Source: an uncultured Clostridia bacterium (GTDB taxonomy: Bacteria; Bacillota; Clostridia; Christensenellales; CAG-917). From it: DNA of 63,431 nucleotides. The stretch lies in contig CASDRL010000025.1 of assembly GCA_949283145.1 (NCBI GenBank), forward strand, positions 1 to 63,431, given 5' to 3'. The notes beneath the pieces were generated by a model. That model worked only from the letters and a program-made list of their open reading frames with translations, was not told where the DNA came from and searched no databases. Positions 44,072 through 53,522 of this stretch are shown here, piece after piece (the stretch's first letter is position 1; every line of letters starts with the position of its first letter). The position numbers and the translations under genes were made by a program.

Positions 44072-45777
44072 CAGTTGTCCTCGTCCTCGCTGCGGGGTGC
44101 GAGCGTCTCTTTGAGCTTGCTCAGAGCCACCTTGGTCTCCGCGGTCGTTTCGCCGAGGAGGGAAGCGATCTCCTGCGCGACGCGCATCTGTTTTTTGATG
44201 ACTTCATCCGTGGTGGCGAGCGTTTTCAGCTTGACGGCGTTGAGTTTCTCGTCGTATTCCACGCTCTCCGTGATGTCCTTCATGACGCCGAAGAGCACCT
44301 TGTGCTCCTGCAGCAGGACGATAGAGAGCTCGATATACTTTTTCGTCCTGTTCACATACACCCGCTTTTTGCTGACATTCCTGCCCTTGGTCGCCGCGGC
44401 GATGAACTCCTCGGCGTCGAAGCATTCGAAGGCGAGCATGCCCTTGACGTCGTGCTCGGTGATGCCCAGCAGCTTCATCGCGCGGGCGTTGATGTCCATG
44501 ATCCTGAAATCGTCGGACATCAGGACGATGCCGTTCGGAGTGTTCTGGATGATCTCGTTGCTCATGGACTCGGCGCGGCTGCGCATGTAGGGCAGACACA
44601 TCTCGATGTCGGCATAGCCGTTGAGCACCGCGATCGCCTTTTCGCGGCAGGTGGAGTAGCCGCACGCTCCGCAGTTGAGTTCGTCCTCGGGGGAATTCTT
44701 CCCCGTCTTGGCGAGCACCGCGCGGATGTCGTTTTCGCTCGGGACAAAGTCGTCGAGGATGATGCGGGGGTGCTTTTCGGTCAGATCCGCGCCTTCCGCG
44801 TCCGTCCTGACGGGAGCCTCACCTTTTGCGGCATACTTGCGCACGTTCTCGTTGCTCTTGATGGAGCCGCCTTTCGCGGGCAGACTGCACGGGCCGCCTA
44901 TGCAGGCGTGCTCGCAGCAGTTGAGTTCGAGAAAGAGCCCGGAGAGCGTGCCGATCTCGCGGAGCACTTCCGAGCAGCGATCAACGCCGTCAACGGCAAC
45001 GTATTCGTAGCCTTCGGGCAGGGTGTCGAAACTCTTGATGATGCCGCGCGGAATGGGATAATATCTCGCTTTGAGGCTGCCGCCGTCAGCGGCTTGTTTC
45101 GCCTCTGTTTCGCTCAATCTGATGTTTTTCTGTTCAAAAACGGCGCTCAACTCCTCGAATGTGAGGACACCGTCGATGATCCCGCTTTCCGCCGCTTCGC
45201 GTTTTTTGGCGATGCACGGTCCGATGAACACGATCGCCGTTTCGGGATCGCGGCGCTTTATCATACGCGCGTGCGCCACCATGGGAGAGGGGACGGGCGC
45301 GAGATACCGCAATGCTTCGGGATAGTAGATCTGGATCATGCGGTTGACTGCGGGACATGCCGAGGTGATGAAGTTTTTGAACTCACCCGTCGAGAGCAGT
45401 TTCGCATATTCTTCCGTGACCGCTTTTGCGCCTATCGCGGTCTCTTCGACGGCGGCAAAGCCGAGGGAGAGGAGCGCCTCTTTCATGACCTCGAAGTCCT
45501 GAGTGTCAAAGGAAGAGACGAATGAGGGTGCGAGGCTTGCGGTCACTTTGCGGCCGCTTGCGAGCAGAGCCAGGACGTCTTCCGTTTCGCTGTGCACCTG
45601 CTTGGCGTTCTGCGGGCAGACCAGAGTGCATCTGCCGCAGAGGATGCACCTCTGCTCGATGATCTTAGCCTGATGGTTTTCGTAACGGATCGCTTTTACG
45701 GGACACTCGCGGAGGCATTTGAAGCAGTCTTTGCACTTCGCGTTTTTGAAATCCAGATAGGGCGTTGCGGTTGCCAT
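44071..45777 (-). CDS. hydS: Sensory-type [FeFe] hydrogenase with C-terminal PAS domain (HydS-like)
   Basis: 2x[4Fe-4S] N-terminus. H-domain motifs ITSACPAV (relay Cys replaced by Ala), IGPCIAKKRE, LNCCEHACIGGPC. Extra CGACGYSTC cluster, then a PAS-like domain and a coiled coil. Confidence 0.82.
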   Translation of the reverse strand: MATATPYLDFKNAKCKDCFKCLRECPVKAIRYENHQAKIIEQRCILCGRCTLVCPQNAKQVHSETEDVLALLASGRKVTASLAPSFVSSFDTQDFEVMKEALLSLGFAAVEETAIGAKAVTEEYAKLLSTGEFKNFITSACPAVNRMIQIYYPEALRYLAPVPSPMVAHARMIKRRDPETAIVFIGPCIAKKREAAESGIIDGVLTFEELSAVFEQKNIRLSETEAKQAADGGSLKARYYPIPRGIIKSFDTLPEGYEYVAVDGVDRCSEVLREIGTLSGLFLELNCCEHACIGGPCSLPAKGGSIKSNENVRKYAAKGEAPVRTDAEGADLTEKHPRIILDDFVPSENDIRAVLAKTGKNSPEDELNCGACGYSTCREKAIAVLNGYADIEMCLPYMRSRAESMSNEIIQNTPNGIVLMSDDFRIMDINARAMKLLGITEHDVKGMLAFECFDAEEFIAAATKGRNVSKKRVYVNRTKKYIELSIVLLQEHKVLFGVMKDITESVEYDEKLNAVKLKTLATTDEVIKKQMRVAQEIASLLGETTAETKVALSKLKETLAPRSEDEDN

Positions 45778-45903
45778 TATCCCTTTCTCTCCTTAAACGG
45801 GATGAGCCGCCGATCGGGTCGGCGACTGCGAGGTCTTGACGGAGCGCCGAGGGGGCGTCCGAAAGAGGGCAGTCCCCGGCGGGAAATCCCGCCGGGGGCA
45901 CGG

Positions 45904-46152
45904 TCACTCTGCTTTTTTCTGTATGACGTCCGTGAAGAGATCCAGGACGTTTTCGGGCTTGACGGCGTAGTAGTCGCCGTCCACCGTCACGCTCACGCCG
46001 TCCTCTCCGCACTTGCCCATGCAGAAGGTGCCGCTGAGCTCGACTTTGCCCTCGAGGTCGTGTTTGTTGATGAGATACTGCAGCTCTTCCACCACCTGGC
46101 GGGAGCCCTTGAGGTGACAGGAACTGCCGATGCAAACCGTGACTTTGACCAT
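45904..46152 (-). CDS. Thioredoxin-like [2Fe-2S] ferredoxin
   Basis: VCIGSSCHLKGS...FCMGKCGEDGVSVTVDG pattern. Confidence 0.75.
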   Translation of the reverse strand: MVKVTVCIGSSCHLKGSRQVVEELQYLINKHDLEGKVELSGTFCMGKCGEDGVSVTVDGDYYAVKPENVLDLFTDVIQKKAE

Positions 46153-46171
46153 AATTTCTCCCTTATTCCGC

Positions 46172-46924
46172 CTATTGGTAGTCCACCACGTCCACCCAAT
46201 GGAGCAGGAATTCTCTCTCTTCGGGTTTGCCCTTGACCAGCTGGGACGCCGCGACGATGGGGATCCACTTCTGCACGTACTGTTTGGCGGTGTCGCTCTT
46301 CATGCAGAAGAGGTTCATATATTTGTCCGCAAGTTCCGGCTTGCCGTCCAGCGTGAAGAGGAGGAAGGTGCGCGCCACATCCGCGGACGCGTTGCCCTGC
46401 GTGGCATGAGACCAGTCGATGACATAGGGCTTGCCGTCCTCGTCCGAGATGATGATGTTGCTGGGGTTGTAGTCGCCGTGGCACACCTTGGTGTGTTTGG
46501 GCATGGACTCGAGACGGGTGTGCAGATCATAGCGGATGGTGGCATTGAGGTCTGCCTGCGAGATCTTGCGGTTCATCTTGTCCTTGAGCTTGTTGAGCAG
46601 GGGAGCGCGTTTGGAGTGGATCTCCATCTGCAGGTCGACGAAGAGGTTGAGATATTCATCCGTCTTGTCGGGGTTCTCCTGCATGAGCTGCGCGAGGGTC
46701 TTGCCCTTGATGTAGTCCATGACGATCGCCCATCTGCCGTTTACCTTGGTGACTTCGAGCAGCTTGGGAATGTTCAGCCCGGTCTCTTCGACGCGCGCTT
46801 GATTGAGGGCTTCGTTCAGGATGTCGGCCTTAGAATAGTGCTCGTCAAAGACCTTGATGACCTTGTCGCCGTCGCGGTAGACGGTCTTTGTGGTGCGAAC
46901 GGCTATGACCTTATCGGTGTTCAT
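46172..46924 (-). CDS. APH/choline-kinase-fold protein kinase-like protein
   Basis: Catalytic loop HGDYNPSNIII and DWS(H) metal-binding segment. Tightly packed between adhE and the ferredoxin. Confidence 0.7.
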   Translation of the reverse strand: MNTDKVIAVRTTKTVYRDGDKVIKVFDEHYSKADILNEALNQARVEETGLNIPKLLEVTKVNGRWAIVMDYIKGKTLAQLMQENPDKTDEYLNLFVDLQMEIHSKRAPLLNKLKDKMNRKISQADLNATIRYDLHTRLESMPKHTKVCHGDYNPSNIIISDEDGKPYVIDWSHATQGNASADVARTFLLFTLDGKPELADKYMNLFCMKSDTAKQYVQKWIPIVAASQLVKGKPEEREFLLHWVDVVDYQ

Positions 46925-46933
46925 ATTCCCTCC

Positions 46934-49546
46934 TTATTTGGTGCCGTAATAGGCGTTGAGATACATTTGTTTGATCTCGCTCATGAGCGGATAGCGGGGG
47001 TTGGCGCCGGTGCACTGGTCGTCGAACGCCTGCTCCACCATCTCATCCAGCCTGTCGAGGAAGTTCTGCTCGTCGATGCCGTACTCGCGGATGGTCTTCT
47101 TGATGCCGACCTTCTCCTTGAGCTCGTCGAGCGCCTTGATGAGGTTCTCCACCTTTTCCGCGTCGTTCTTGCCTTTGATGCCGAGCGCCTCGGCGACTTC
47201 CGCATAACGGGCGCGGGTGTGAGGATGATCGTACTGCGGGAAGGTGCCCATCTTTGCGGGGACTTCCGCCGCGTTGAAGCGGATGACTTCGTCGATCATG
47301 AGCGCGTTCGCCACGCCGTGGGGCAGGTGGTGGAAGGCGCCGAGCTTGTGAGCCATGGAGTGGCACACGCCGAGGAAGGCATTTGCGAACGCCATGCCCG
47401 CCATGGTGGCGGCGTTTGCCATCTTCTCGCGCGCTTCGGGGTCGTTGGGACCGTTGTCGTAGGCGCGGGGCAGATATTTGAAGATCATCTGCAGGCTGCG
47501 GATGGCGAGCCCGTCGGTGTAATCCGTTGCCATCATGGAGGCGATGGCTTCGAGGTCGTGCGTGACGGCGTCGATGCCGCTTGCGGAGGTCAGTCCCTTG
47601 GGCGCGTTCATCATCATGTCCGCGTCCACGATCGCCATATCGGGCATGAGCTCATAGTCCGCGAGGGGATACTTGACGCCCGTCTTCTCGTCGGTGATGA
47701 CGGCGAAGGGGGTCACCTCGCTGCCCGTGCCGGCGGAGGTGGGCACTGCGATGAAGTACGCCTTCTCGCCCATCTTGGGGAAGGTGTAGACGCGCTTGCG
47801 GATGTCCATGAAACGCATGGCAAGATCCATAAAGTCGACTTCGGGATGTTCGTAGAGCACCCACATGATCTTGCCGGCGTCCATTGCGGAGCCGCCGCCC
47901 ACCGCGATGATGCAGTCGGGCTCGAAAGCGCGCATCGCCGCCGTCCCTTCCTTGGCGCAGGCGAGAGTGGGATCGGGCGCGACGTTGAAGAAGGTGGTGT
48001 GCGCGATGCCCATCTCGTCGAGCTTGTCGGTGATGGTCTTCGTATATCCATTATGATACAAAAAACTGTCCGTGACAATAAAAGCTTTCTTTTTTCCCAT
48101 GACATTTTTCAATTCGTCAAGGGCAACGGGGAGGCACCCCTTCTTGATGTACACCTTTTCGGGTGCTCTGAACCACAGCATATTTTCTCTCCTTTCCGCG
48201 ACGGTCTTGATGTTGACAAGGTGTTTGACGCCCACGTTTTCGCTGACGCTGTTGCCGCCCCAGCTGCCGCACCCGAGGGTGAGGGAGGGGGTGAGTTTGA
48301 AGTTGTAGATGTCGCCGATGCCGCCCTGAGAAGAGGGGGAATTGAGCAGCACGCGGCAGGTCTTCATGCGGTGGGTGTATTCCTCGATCTTGTCCTTGCC
48401 GGTCATGACATCGATGTAGAGAGAGGAGGTGTGACCGTAGCCGCCGTCCGCGATGAGGTGCTCAGCCTTGTCGAGAGCGTCCTCGAAATCCTTCGCGCGG
48501 TACATGGCGAGGACGGGGGAGAGTTTCTCGTGAGCGAACTCTTCGGAGATGTCCACGCTGGTCACTTCGCCGATGATGATCTTGGTGTCTTCGGGGACGG
48601 TAACGCCCGCGAGAGCGGCGATCTTAGCAGCCTTCTGACCAACGATCTTCGCATTGAGAGCGCCGTTGATGATGATGGTCTTGCGCACTTTTTCCGTCTC
48701 TTCGGGGTTCAGGAAATAGCACCCGCGCGCCTTGAACTCCTTCTTCACCTTGTCGTACACTTTGTCAAGGACGATGACGGACTGCTCCGACGCGCAGATC
48801 ATGCCGTTGTCAAAGGTCTTGGAGTGGATGATGCTGTTGACGGCAAGCAGGATGTCCGCGCTCTCGTCGATGATGGCGGGAGTGTTGCCCGCGCCGACGC
48901 CCACTGCGGGTTTGCCGGAGGAATATGCCGCCTTCACCATGCCGGGACCGCCCGTCGCCAGAATGATGTCCGCCTCCTTCATGAGGGTGTTGGTCATCTC
49001 GAGGGAGGGGATGTCGATCCATCCGATGATGCCTTCGGGCGCGCCCGCTTTGACAGCCGCTTCCAGCACGATCCTGGCAGCCTCGATGGTGCTCTTTTTC
49101 GCTCTGGGGTGGGGGCTGATGATGATGCCGTTGCGCGTCTTCAAGGCGATGAGCGTCTTGAAGATGGCGGTGGAAGTGGGGTTGGTGGTCGGGATGACCG
49201 CGCCCACGACGCCCACGGGCTCGGCGATCTTCTTGATGCCGAACGCCTTGTCCTCTTCGATGACGCCGCAGGTCTTGGTGTGACGGTAGGCGTTGTAGAT
49301 ATACTCGGAGGCGTAGTGGTTTTTGATCACCTTGTCCTCGACGACGCCCATGCCCGTCTCCTCGACAGCCATCTTGGCAAGCGGGATGCGCTGCTTGTTG
49401 GCAGCCATCGCGGCGGCGAAGAAGATCGCGTCCACCTGCTCCTGCGTGTAGTCGGCGAATTTCTTCTGCGCCTCACGCACGCGGGCTATGGTCTCTTCCA
49501 GCTTTTCGACGTTGTCCACGACTTGATACTGTTTGGTCTCTTCCAT
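46934..49546 (-). CDS. adhE: Bifunctional acetaldehyde-CoA/alcohol dehydrogenase
   Basis: 870 aa. N-terminal ALDH and C-terminal Fe-ADH domains, with the typical AdhE N-terminus and GGGSAMD. Confidence 0.97.
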   Translation of the reverse strand: MEETKQYQVVDNVEKLEETIARVREAQKKFADYTQEQVDAIFFAAAMAANKQRIPLAKMAVEETGMGVVEDKVIKNHYASEYIYNAYRHTKTCGVIEEDKAFGIKKIAEPVGVVGAVIPTTNPTSTAIFKTLIALKTRNGIIISPHPRAKKSTIEAARIVLEAAVKAGAPEGIIGWIDIPSLEMTNTLMKEADIILATGGPGMVKAAYSSGKPAVGVGAGNTPAIIDESADILLAVNSIIHSKTFDNGMICASEQSVIVLDKVYDKVKKEFKARGCYFLNPEETEKVRKTIIINGALNAKIVGQKAAKIAALAGVTVPEDTKIIIGEVTSVDISEEFAHEKLSPVLAMYRAKDFEDALDKAEHLIADGGYGHTSSLYIDVMTGKDKIEEYTHRMKTCRVLLNSPSSQGGIGDIYNFKLTPSLTLGCGSWGGNSVSENVGVKHLVNIKTVAERRENMLWFRAPEKVYIKKGCLPVALDELKNVMGKKKAFIVTDSFLYHNGYTKTITDKLDEMGIAHTTFFNVAPDPTLACAKEGTAAMRAFEPDCIIAVGGGSAMDAGKIMWVLYEHPEVDFMDLAMRFMDIRKRVYTFPKMGEKAYFIAVPTSAGTGSEVTPFAVITDEKTGVKYPLADYELMPDMAIVDADMMMNAPKGLTSASGIDAVTHDLEAIASMMATDYTDGLAIRSLQMIFKYLPRAYDNGPNDPEAREKMANAATMAGMAFANAFLGVCHSMAHKLGAFHHLPHGVANALMIDEVIRFNAAEVPAKMGTFPQYDHPHTRARYAEVAEALGIKGKNDAEKVENLIKALDELKEKVGIKKTIREYGIDEQNFLDRLDEMVEQAFDDQCTGANPRYPLMSEIKQMYLNAYYGTK

Positions 49547-49559
49547 ATCGGTCTCCTGT

Positions 49560-50216
49560 TCAGTTGTTTTCTTCTTTTTTGAGTATTTCTTTGAGTTTGG
49601 CGGAAAGCAACGCTAGCGATGCCGCCATGTTCTCGTTTTTTACCGCTACCGTGTCCGGCAGATTGAGAGTGACGGGGCTGAAATTCCAGATCGCCCTCAC
49701 TCCCGCGCGCACCAGGGTGTCCGCCGCTTCCTGCGCCTTTGCGGCGGGCAGGGTGAGCACCCCCAGCTTGATCTTCAGCTTCTCCACCGCCGACGCCAGC
49801 TTGTCGTAGGAGAAGATCTTCTTGCCGTGCACCTCCGTCCCGATGAGGGCAGGGTCCACGTCAAAGCCCGCAACGATGTTCAAGCCGTACTTCTCAAAGC
49901 CGGAGTAGCCAAGCAGCGCCTGTCCGAGCTTTCCCGCGCCCACCAGCACCGCGTCCTTCTCGTTGTCGTAGCCCATAAAGCTCTCGATGTCGCGGATGAG
50001 GTCGGGGATGTAATATCCCACCTTGGGCTTGCCCTCGCTCACCACCGCCATCGAAAGGTCCTTCTTCACGACGGCGGGATTCTCCTGCATCGCTTCCGCC
50101 AGCCCCACCGAGGAGATATACTCCGCGCCGTCCGCCTCTCTCTTTTTGAGATATCTGAGGTAGCCCGGCATCCTCTGCAAAGTGGCAAGTGATATTGTTT
50201 TGTCGCTTTCAGCCAT
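49560..50216 (-). CDS. rex: Redox-sensing repressor Rex
   Basis: LQRMPGYLRYL winged helix plus Rossmann fold LVGAGKLGQALL. Sits 13 nt upstream of adhE. Confidence 0.93.
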   Translation of the reverse strand: MAESDKTISLATLQRMPGYLRYLKKREADGAEYISSVGLAEAMQENPAVVKKDLSMAVVSEGKPKVGYYIPDLIRDIESFMGYDNEKDAVLVGAGKLGQALLGYSGFEKYGLNIVAGFDVDPALIGTEVHGKKIFSYDKLASAVEKLKIKLGVLTLPAAKAQEAADTLVRAGVRAIWNFSPVTLNLPDTVAVKNENMAASLALLSAKLKEILKKEENN

Positions 50217-50365
50217 AGTTCCCCGTCCCGCGGCATCGCCGCATTCATACGTGTCAATCGTTACGATGAGTATCGTTACTTCGCGTGTCGATTAGGATTA
50301 TAGAGATGCGGGACGGCTTTGTCAACCGAAATGCTATAACAAATGAAGAAATCTTTTCCCTATTT

Positions 50366-50489
50366 CTGACGGCGCTATTTCGCGAATTGCTTTGTCAGAG
50401 CGCTTGTTCCGGCTGCTCACGTACGTTTATGTACGCTCCGCCTCCCGACAAGGGCGCTTTCGCGTTCTGCATCCAAATGACGCCGTCAG
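50366..50489. repeat. M-family copy M8
   Basis: CTGACGGCGCTATTTCG...CCAAATGACGCCGTCAG with the canonical core TGCTCACGTACGTTTATGTACGCTCCGCCTCC. Confidence 0.7.
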
Positions 50490-50506
50490 GCGAACGGGCA
50501 GTTTAG

Positions 50507-51070
50507 GCGAGCGTGCTTGAGCACGACGATTCTCATTCGGAGACGGAATAACGAAAACTCAGAGCGTGACGTCGCTTGATACGACGTTATCTTTTTCGGA
50601 GTGGAGCCGCTCACCAAGCGCTCACAGGGCGGAGCCCTCTTGAGCGCCGCGGCGACCGGGTGAGTGCCGAGGGCTGGATGGTAGTGCGTCGGCAATGCGC
50701 CATTCGGGGTCCCCGCCAAAAGTATTTTCGGTGGGGTTTTCTATCGCGAAGCGGGCGCATTGCAAGCGGCATAACATGGCGGCGCCGCGGAGGCGCCGTC
50801 CTCGGACGCCCTAATGCCCGAGCGCCGAAGGTGCCCCCTAAAACCGTGGGGCCCCGCAGGGGGGAATGGTTTTTGGGGGAACCTGCAGGAGGGGGCTCAA
50901 CAACACTTCAATGTCAGAGGACGGCAGCCCGTTTCAAACACGGGGGAGGAAAGCCCGAATGGGGCTCCCCGCAAAATGCATGCATTTTGTGGGGTCCCCG
51001 GGTTGGAGGGGGAATTCTAACTCCCCCCGAGACGAACAGCTTATTCGAAGCGTCCCCGAACACGACGCTC
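50507..51070 (-). ncRNA. L-element copy F (long, divergent variant)
   Basis: Shares the 5' module (GGGGGAGTTAGAATTCCCCCTCC...TTCGGGCTTTCCTCCCCCGTG), the 3' module (CTCGGCACTCACCC...GGCGCTCA-apex-TGAGCGCT...) and the terminal hairpin repeats. The central domain is replaced and expanded. Confidence 0.45.
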
Positions 51071-51316
51071 ACTCCGAGCGAGTATTATTTGGTGCCCCGC
51101 CGAGTTCTCGGCGGGGAAAACAGTCCGCCGAACAAGGTTCGGCGGGTCATAAAGCAATTAAGGCGCGGGGCGGGGAACCGCTCCGCGCGTGTGTTTATTA
51201 TGTAGTTTTCCGTCGTTGTCAAGGGCGCGAAAATTTTAGCGGGCTTTGCCCGCGAAATTTTTCGGCGCAATTCCTTGACAAAACGAGTGTTGGAACGAGT
51301 TACAAACAAATAGTAT

Positions 51317-51372
51317 GGGAGCGCGAGGGTGTAACACCCTCGCAAGGGGGCGTGGGGAATAATTCCCCCACA
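51317..51372. repeat. H-family submodules H6
   Basis: GGGAGCGCGAGGGTGTAACACCCTCGCAAGGGGG + GTGGGGAATAATTCCCCCAC. Confidence 0.65.
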
Positions 51373-51380
51373 GCCCTCCA

Positions 51381-52295
51381 TCATTCCGCAAGTTTTTGCA
51401 GGAGGGCGGCGGTGGAGAGTTCGCCCGCGCGGTTGAAGCGTCCGACGCGCATCAGGGTGGTTGGGTCGCCGCGGCGGAGGGTGGTGGTGTGTTCGCTGCA
51501 AGTGAGGAAGAGTTTCACGCCGAGGGCGCGGAGCACGGCGTACGCTTCGTCGGAGTAGGCGCCGAAGGGGAAGGCGTAGGAGAGGGGGAGAGTGCCCGTC
51601 GCGCGGAGGACGGCGTCCTGCATCCTGCCCGCGTCGGCGAGGAGGGCTTTGCGGTAGTCAAGTTTACTTTCCCCTTTCATCCGCCGCACGCCGAAGCGGG
51701 GTTCGTAGCGGTGCATGTTGTAGGAGTGGCTGCCCAGTTCAACATGTCCGCTCGCGGCGAGTTCCCCCATCTGCGCCCAGGTGAGGTGAGAGTAGTTGGG
51801 GTTGGAGTGGTCGCCGGAGTCCGTCGAGAACGCCGAGAACGCGCCCACGGGATAAAACGCCGCCTTCGCGCCGTACTTTTCGAGCAGCGGGAGACCGTAG
51901 TACATGTTGTTGTATCTCCCGTCGTCAAAGGTGAGGAGTAGGGGCTTTTGGGGCAGATCCCCCTCGCCGCACACGAAGGCGACGATCTCGGACGGGAACA
52001 CCGTCTCATATCCCGCCGCTTCGTACGCCGCAAGATCGCTCTCGAATTGCGCCGGCGAGACGGTGTATGTCCCCTTGGAGCTTTTCAGGATGTTGTGGTA
52101 CATCACGACGGCGAGTTCTCTCGTCTCGCCCTCGCTTTGCCCGCGCGTGACTTCCGCGGCGACCCGGGCGCTCTCTGCCGTGTTCTCGCCCCCAAAGATA
52201 GGAAACGCGCGTACGCACGCGAGCGTGAACACGGCGGCGCACAACGCAATTACCGCGCCCGCCCAAACTCCGAAAAACTTAACTTTTTCTCTCAT
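51381..52295 (-). CDS. Polysaccharide deacetylase family protein (PgdA/CDA1-like)
   Basis: N-terminal TM helix, LLLTFDDG, HSYNMH. Only the last 304 codons of the 728-aa ORF are credible (ATG 52295). Confidence 0.85.
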   Translation of the reverse strand: MREKVKFFGVWAGAVIALCAAVFTLACVRAFPIFGGENTAESARVAAEVTRGQSEGETRELAVVMYHNILKSSKGTYTVSPAQFESDLAAYEAAGYETVFPSEIVAFVCGEGDLPQKPLLLTFDDGRYNNMYYGLPLLEKYGAKAAFYPVGAFSAFSTDSGDHSNPNYSHLTWAQMGELAASGHVELGSHSYNMHRYEPRFGVRRMKGESKLDYRKALLADAGRMQDAVLRATGTLPLSYAFPFGAYSDEAYAVLRALGVKLFLTCSEHTTTLRRGDPTTLMRVGRFNRAGELSTAALLQKLAE

Positions 52296-52325
52296 GCCCT
52301 TAGTATGGCCGCTGCCGCCGTTATT

Positions 52326-52508
52326 ATTTGCAGGGGCGCCGCCCCTGCACCCCGGGGCGGGGATGTCATCCCCGCACCCCTTATTTTTATATAATATTGC
52401 GCCGAGTGTTGCGGGCAAAGCCGCAACACTCGGCGCACTTTTTATAAAAAAGTATGGGAGCGCGAGGGTGTAACACCCTCGCAAGGGGGAAAATAATTCC
52501 CCCGCAGG
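52326..52508. repeat. H-family hairpin cluster H7
   Basis: GCAGGGGCGCCGCCCCTGC, GGGGATGTCATCCCC, central hairpin 52399-52436 and the GGGAGCGCGAGGG...CCCTCGC unit. Confidence 0.7.
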
Positions 52509-52637
52509 GTGTAAAAAACTTGTCAATGACATTTTTGTGAAGAAATCGGGGAAAATAAAAGACAATTTGCTGTTAGGTTGAAGTTGCGGTCGGATCGGCT
52601 TGCGGCAGCGAGCAGCGAGGACCGGGAGGAAAAAGAA

Positions 52638-53522
52638 ATGAAGAAATTTTGGACGATAGCCATTTGTGCAATGCTGCTCGGCGCGGTCGCATTTGCGGCG
52701 GTCGGGTGCAACAAGGGTGCGGCTGACACCATCAACGTGTTCTCGCGCGAGGACGGCTCGGGCACGCGCTCCGCGTTCACCGAACTCACGGGCGTGCTCG
52801 TCGAAGGCGAGGACGGCACCGAGACGGACATGACCTTCTCGGGCGCGAGCGTTCAGAACTCCACCAACGCCATCATGACCGCGGTCGCGCAGGACAAAAA
52901 TGCGATCGGGTATGTTTCGTTCGGCTCTCTGAACGACACCGTCAAGGCGGTCGCCGTGAACGGCGTCACCCCTTCCGTCGACACCATCAAGGACAAGAGC
53001 TACGAGTTGCAGCGTCCCTTCAACATCGCTTACAAGCAGTCTAACATCGCCAGCAAGCCCTTGGCTGCCGACTTCCTCGGTTTCCTCGGCTCTGCCGAAG
53101 CGCAGGAGGTCATCGCCGCGGAGAAGTATATCGCCACCGACGACAATGCTCCCGCCTATGTGAAAGGCTCCGACCTCACGGGCAGCATCACCATCGGAGG
53201 TTCCTCTTCCGTGAGCCCGCTCATGGAGAAGCTCATTGAGAAGTATTGCGCGCTTTCCGGCGTCGCCAAGAACAGCATCGAGCTGCAGACCATCGACTCC
53301 ACCGCCGGTATGAACGGCGCCATAAGCGGCACCTTCGACATCGGCATGGCGTCCAGGGATGTCAAGGACTCTGAGCTTTCGCAGGGCATCACCGCAGAGG
53401 TGCTCGCCTATGACGGCATCGCGGTCATCGTCCACAACGACAACGCTGTCGAGGACCTTTCCATGGAGCAGATCCGTCAGATCTTCACCGGCGCGGTGCG
53501 CGAGTGGTCCGCCCTTGCATAA
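52638..53522 (+). CDS. pstS: Phosphate ABC transporter substrate-binding lipoprotein
   Basis: Lipobox AAVGC, SREDGSGTR, GGSSSV. GGGAGG RBS before ATG 52638. Confidence 0.92.
   Translation: MKKFWTIAICAMLLGAVAFAAVGCNKGAADTINVFSREDGSGTRSAFTELTGVLVEGEDGTETDMTFSGASVQNSTNAIMTAVAQDKNAIGYVSFGSLNDTVKAVAVNGVTPSVDTIKDKSYELQRPFNIAYKQSNIASKPLAADFLGFLGSAEAQEVIAAEKYIATDDNAPAYVKGSDLTGSITIGGSSSVSPLMEKLIEKYCALSGVAKNSIELQTIDSTAGMNGAISGTFDIGMASRDVKDSELSQGITAEVLAYDGIAVIVHNDNAVEDLSMEQIRQIFTGAVREWSALA

Noticed and set aside
46130-49582. 1150-aa ORF on the plus strand
   Set aside because: It is exactly antisense to the unmistakable adhE gene. It has no motifs and a low-complexity G/V/D/H composition typical of antisense frames in high-GC DNA.
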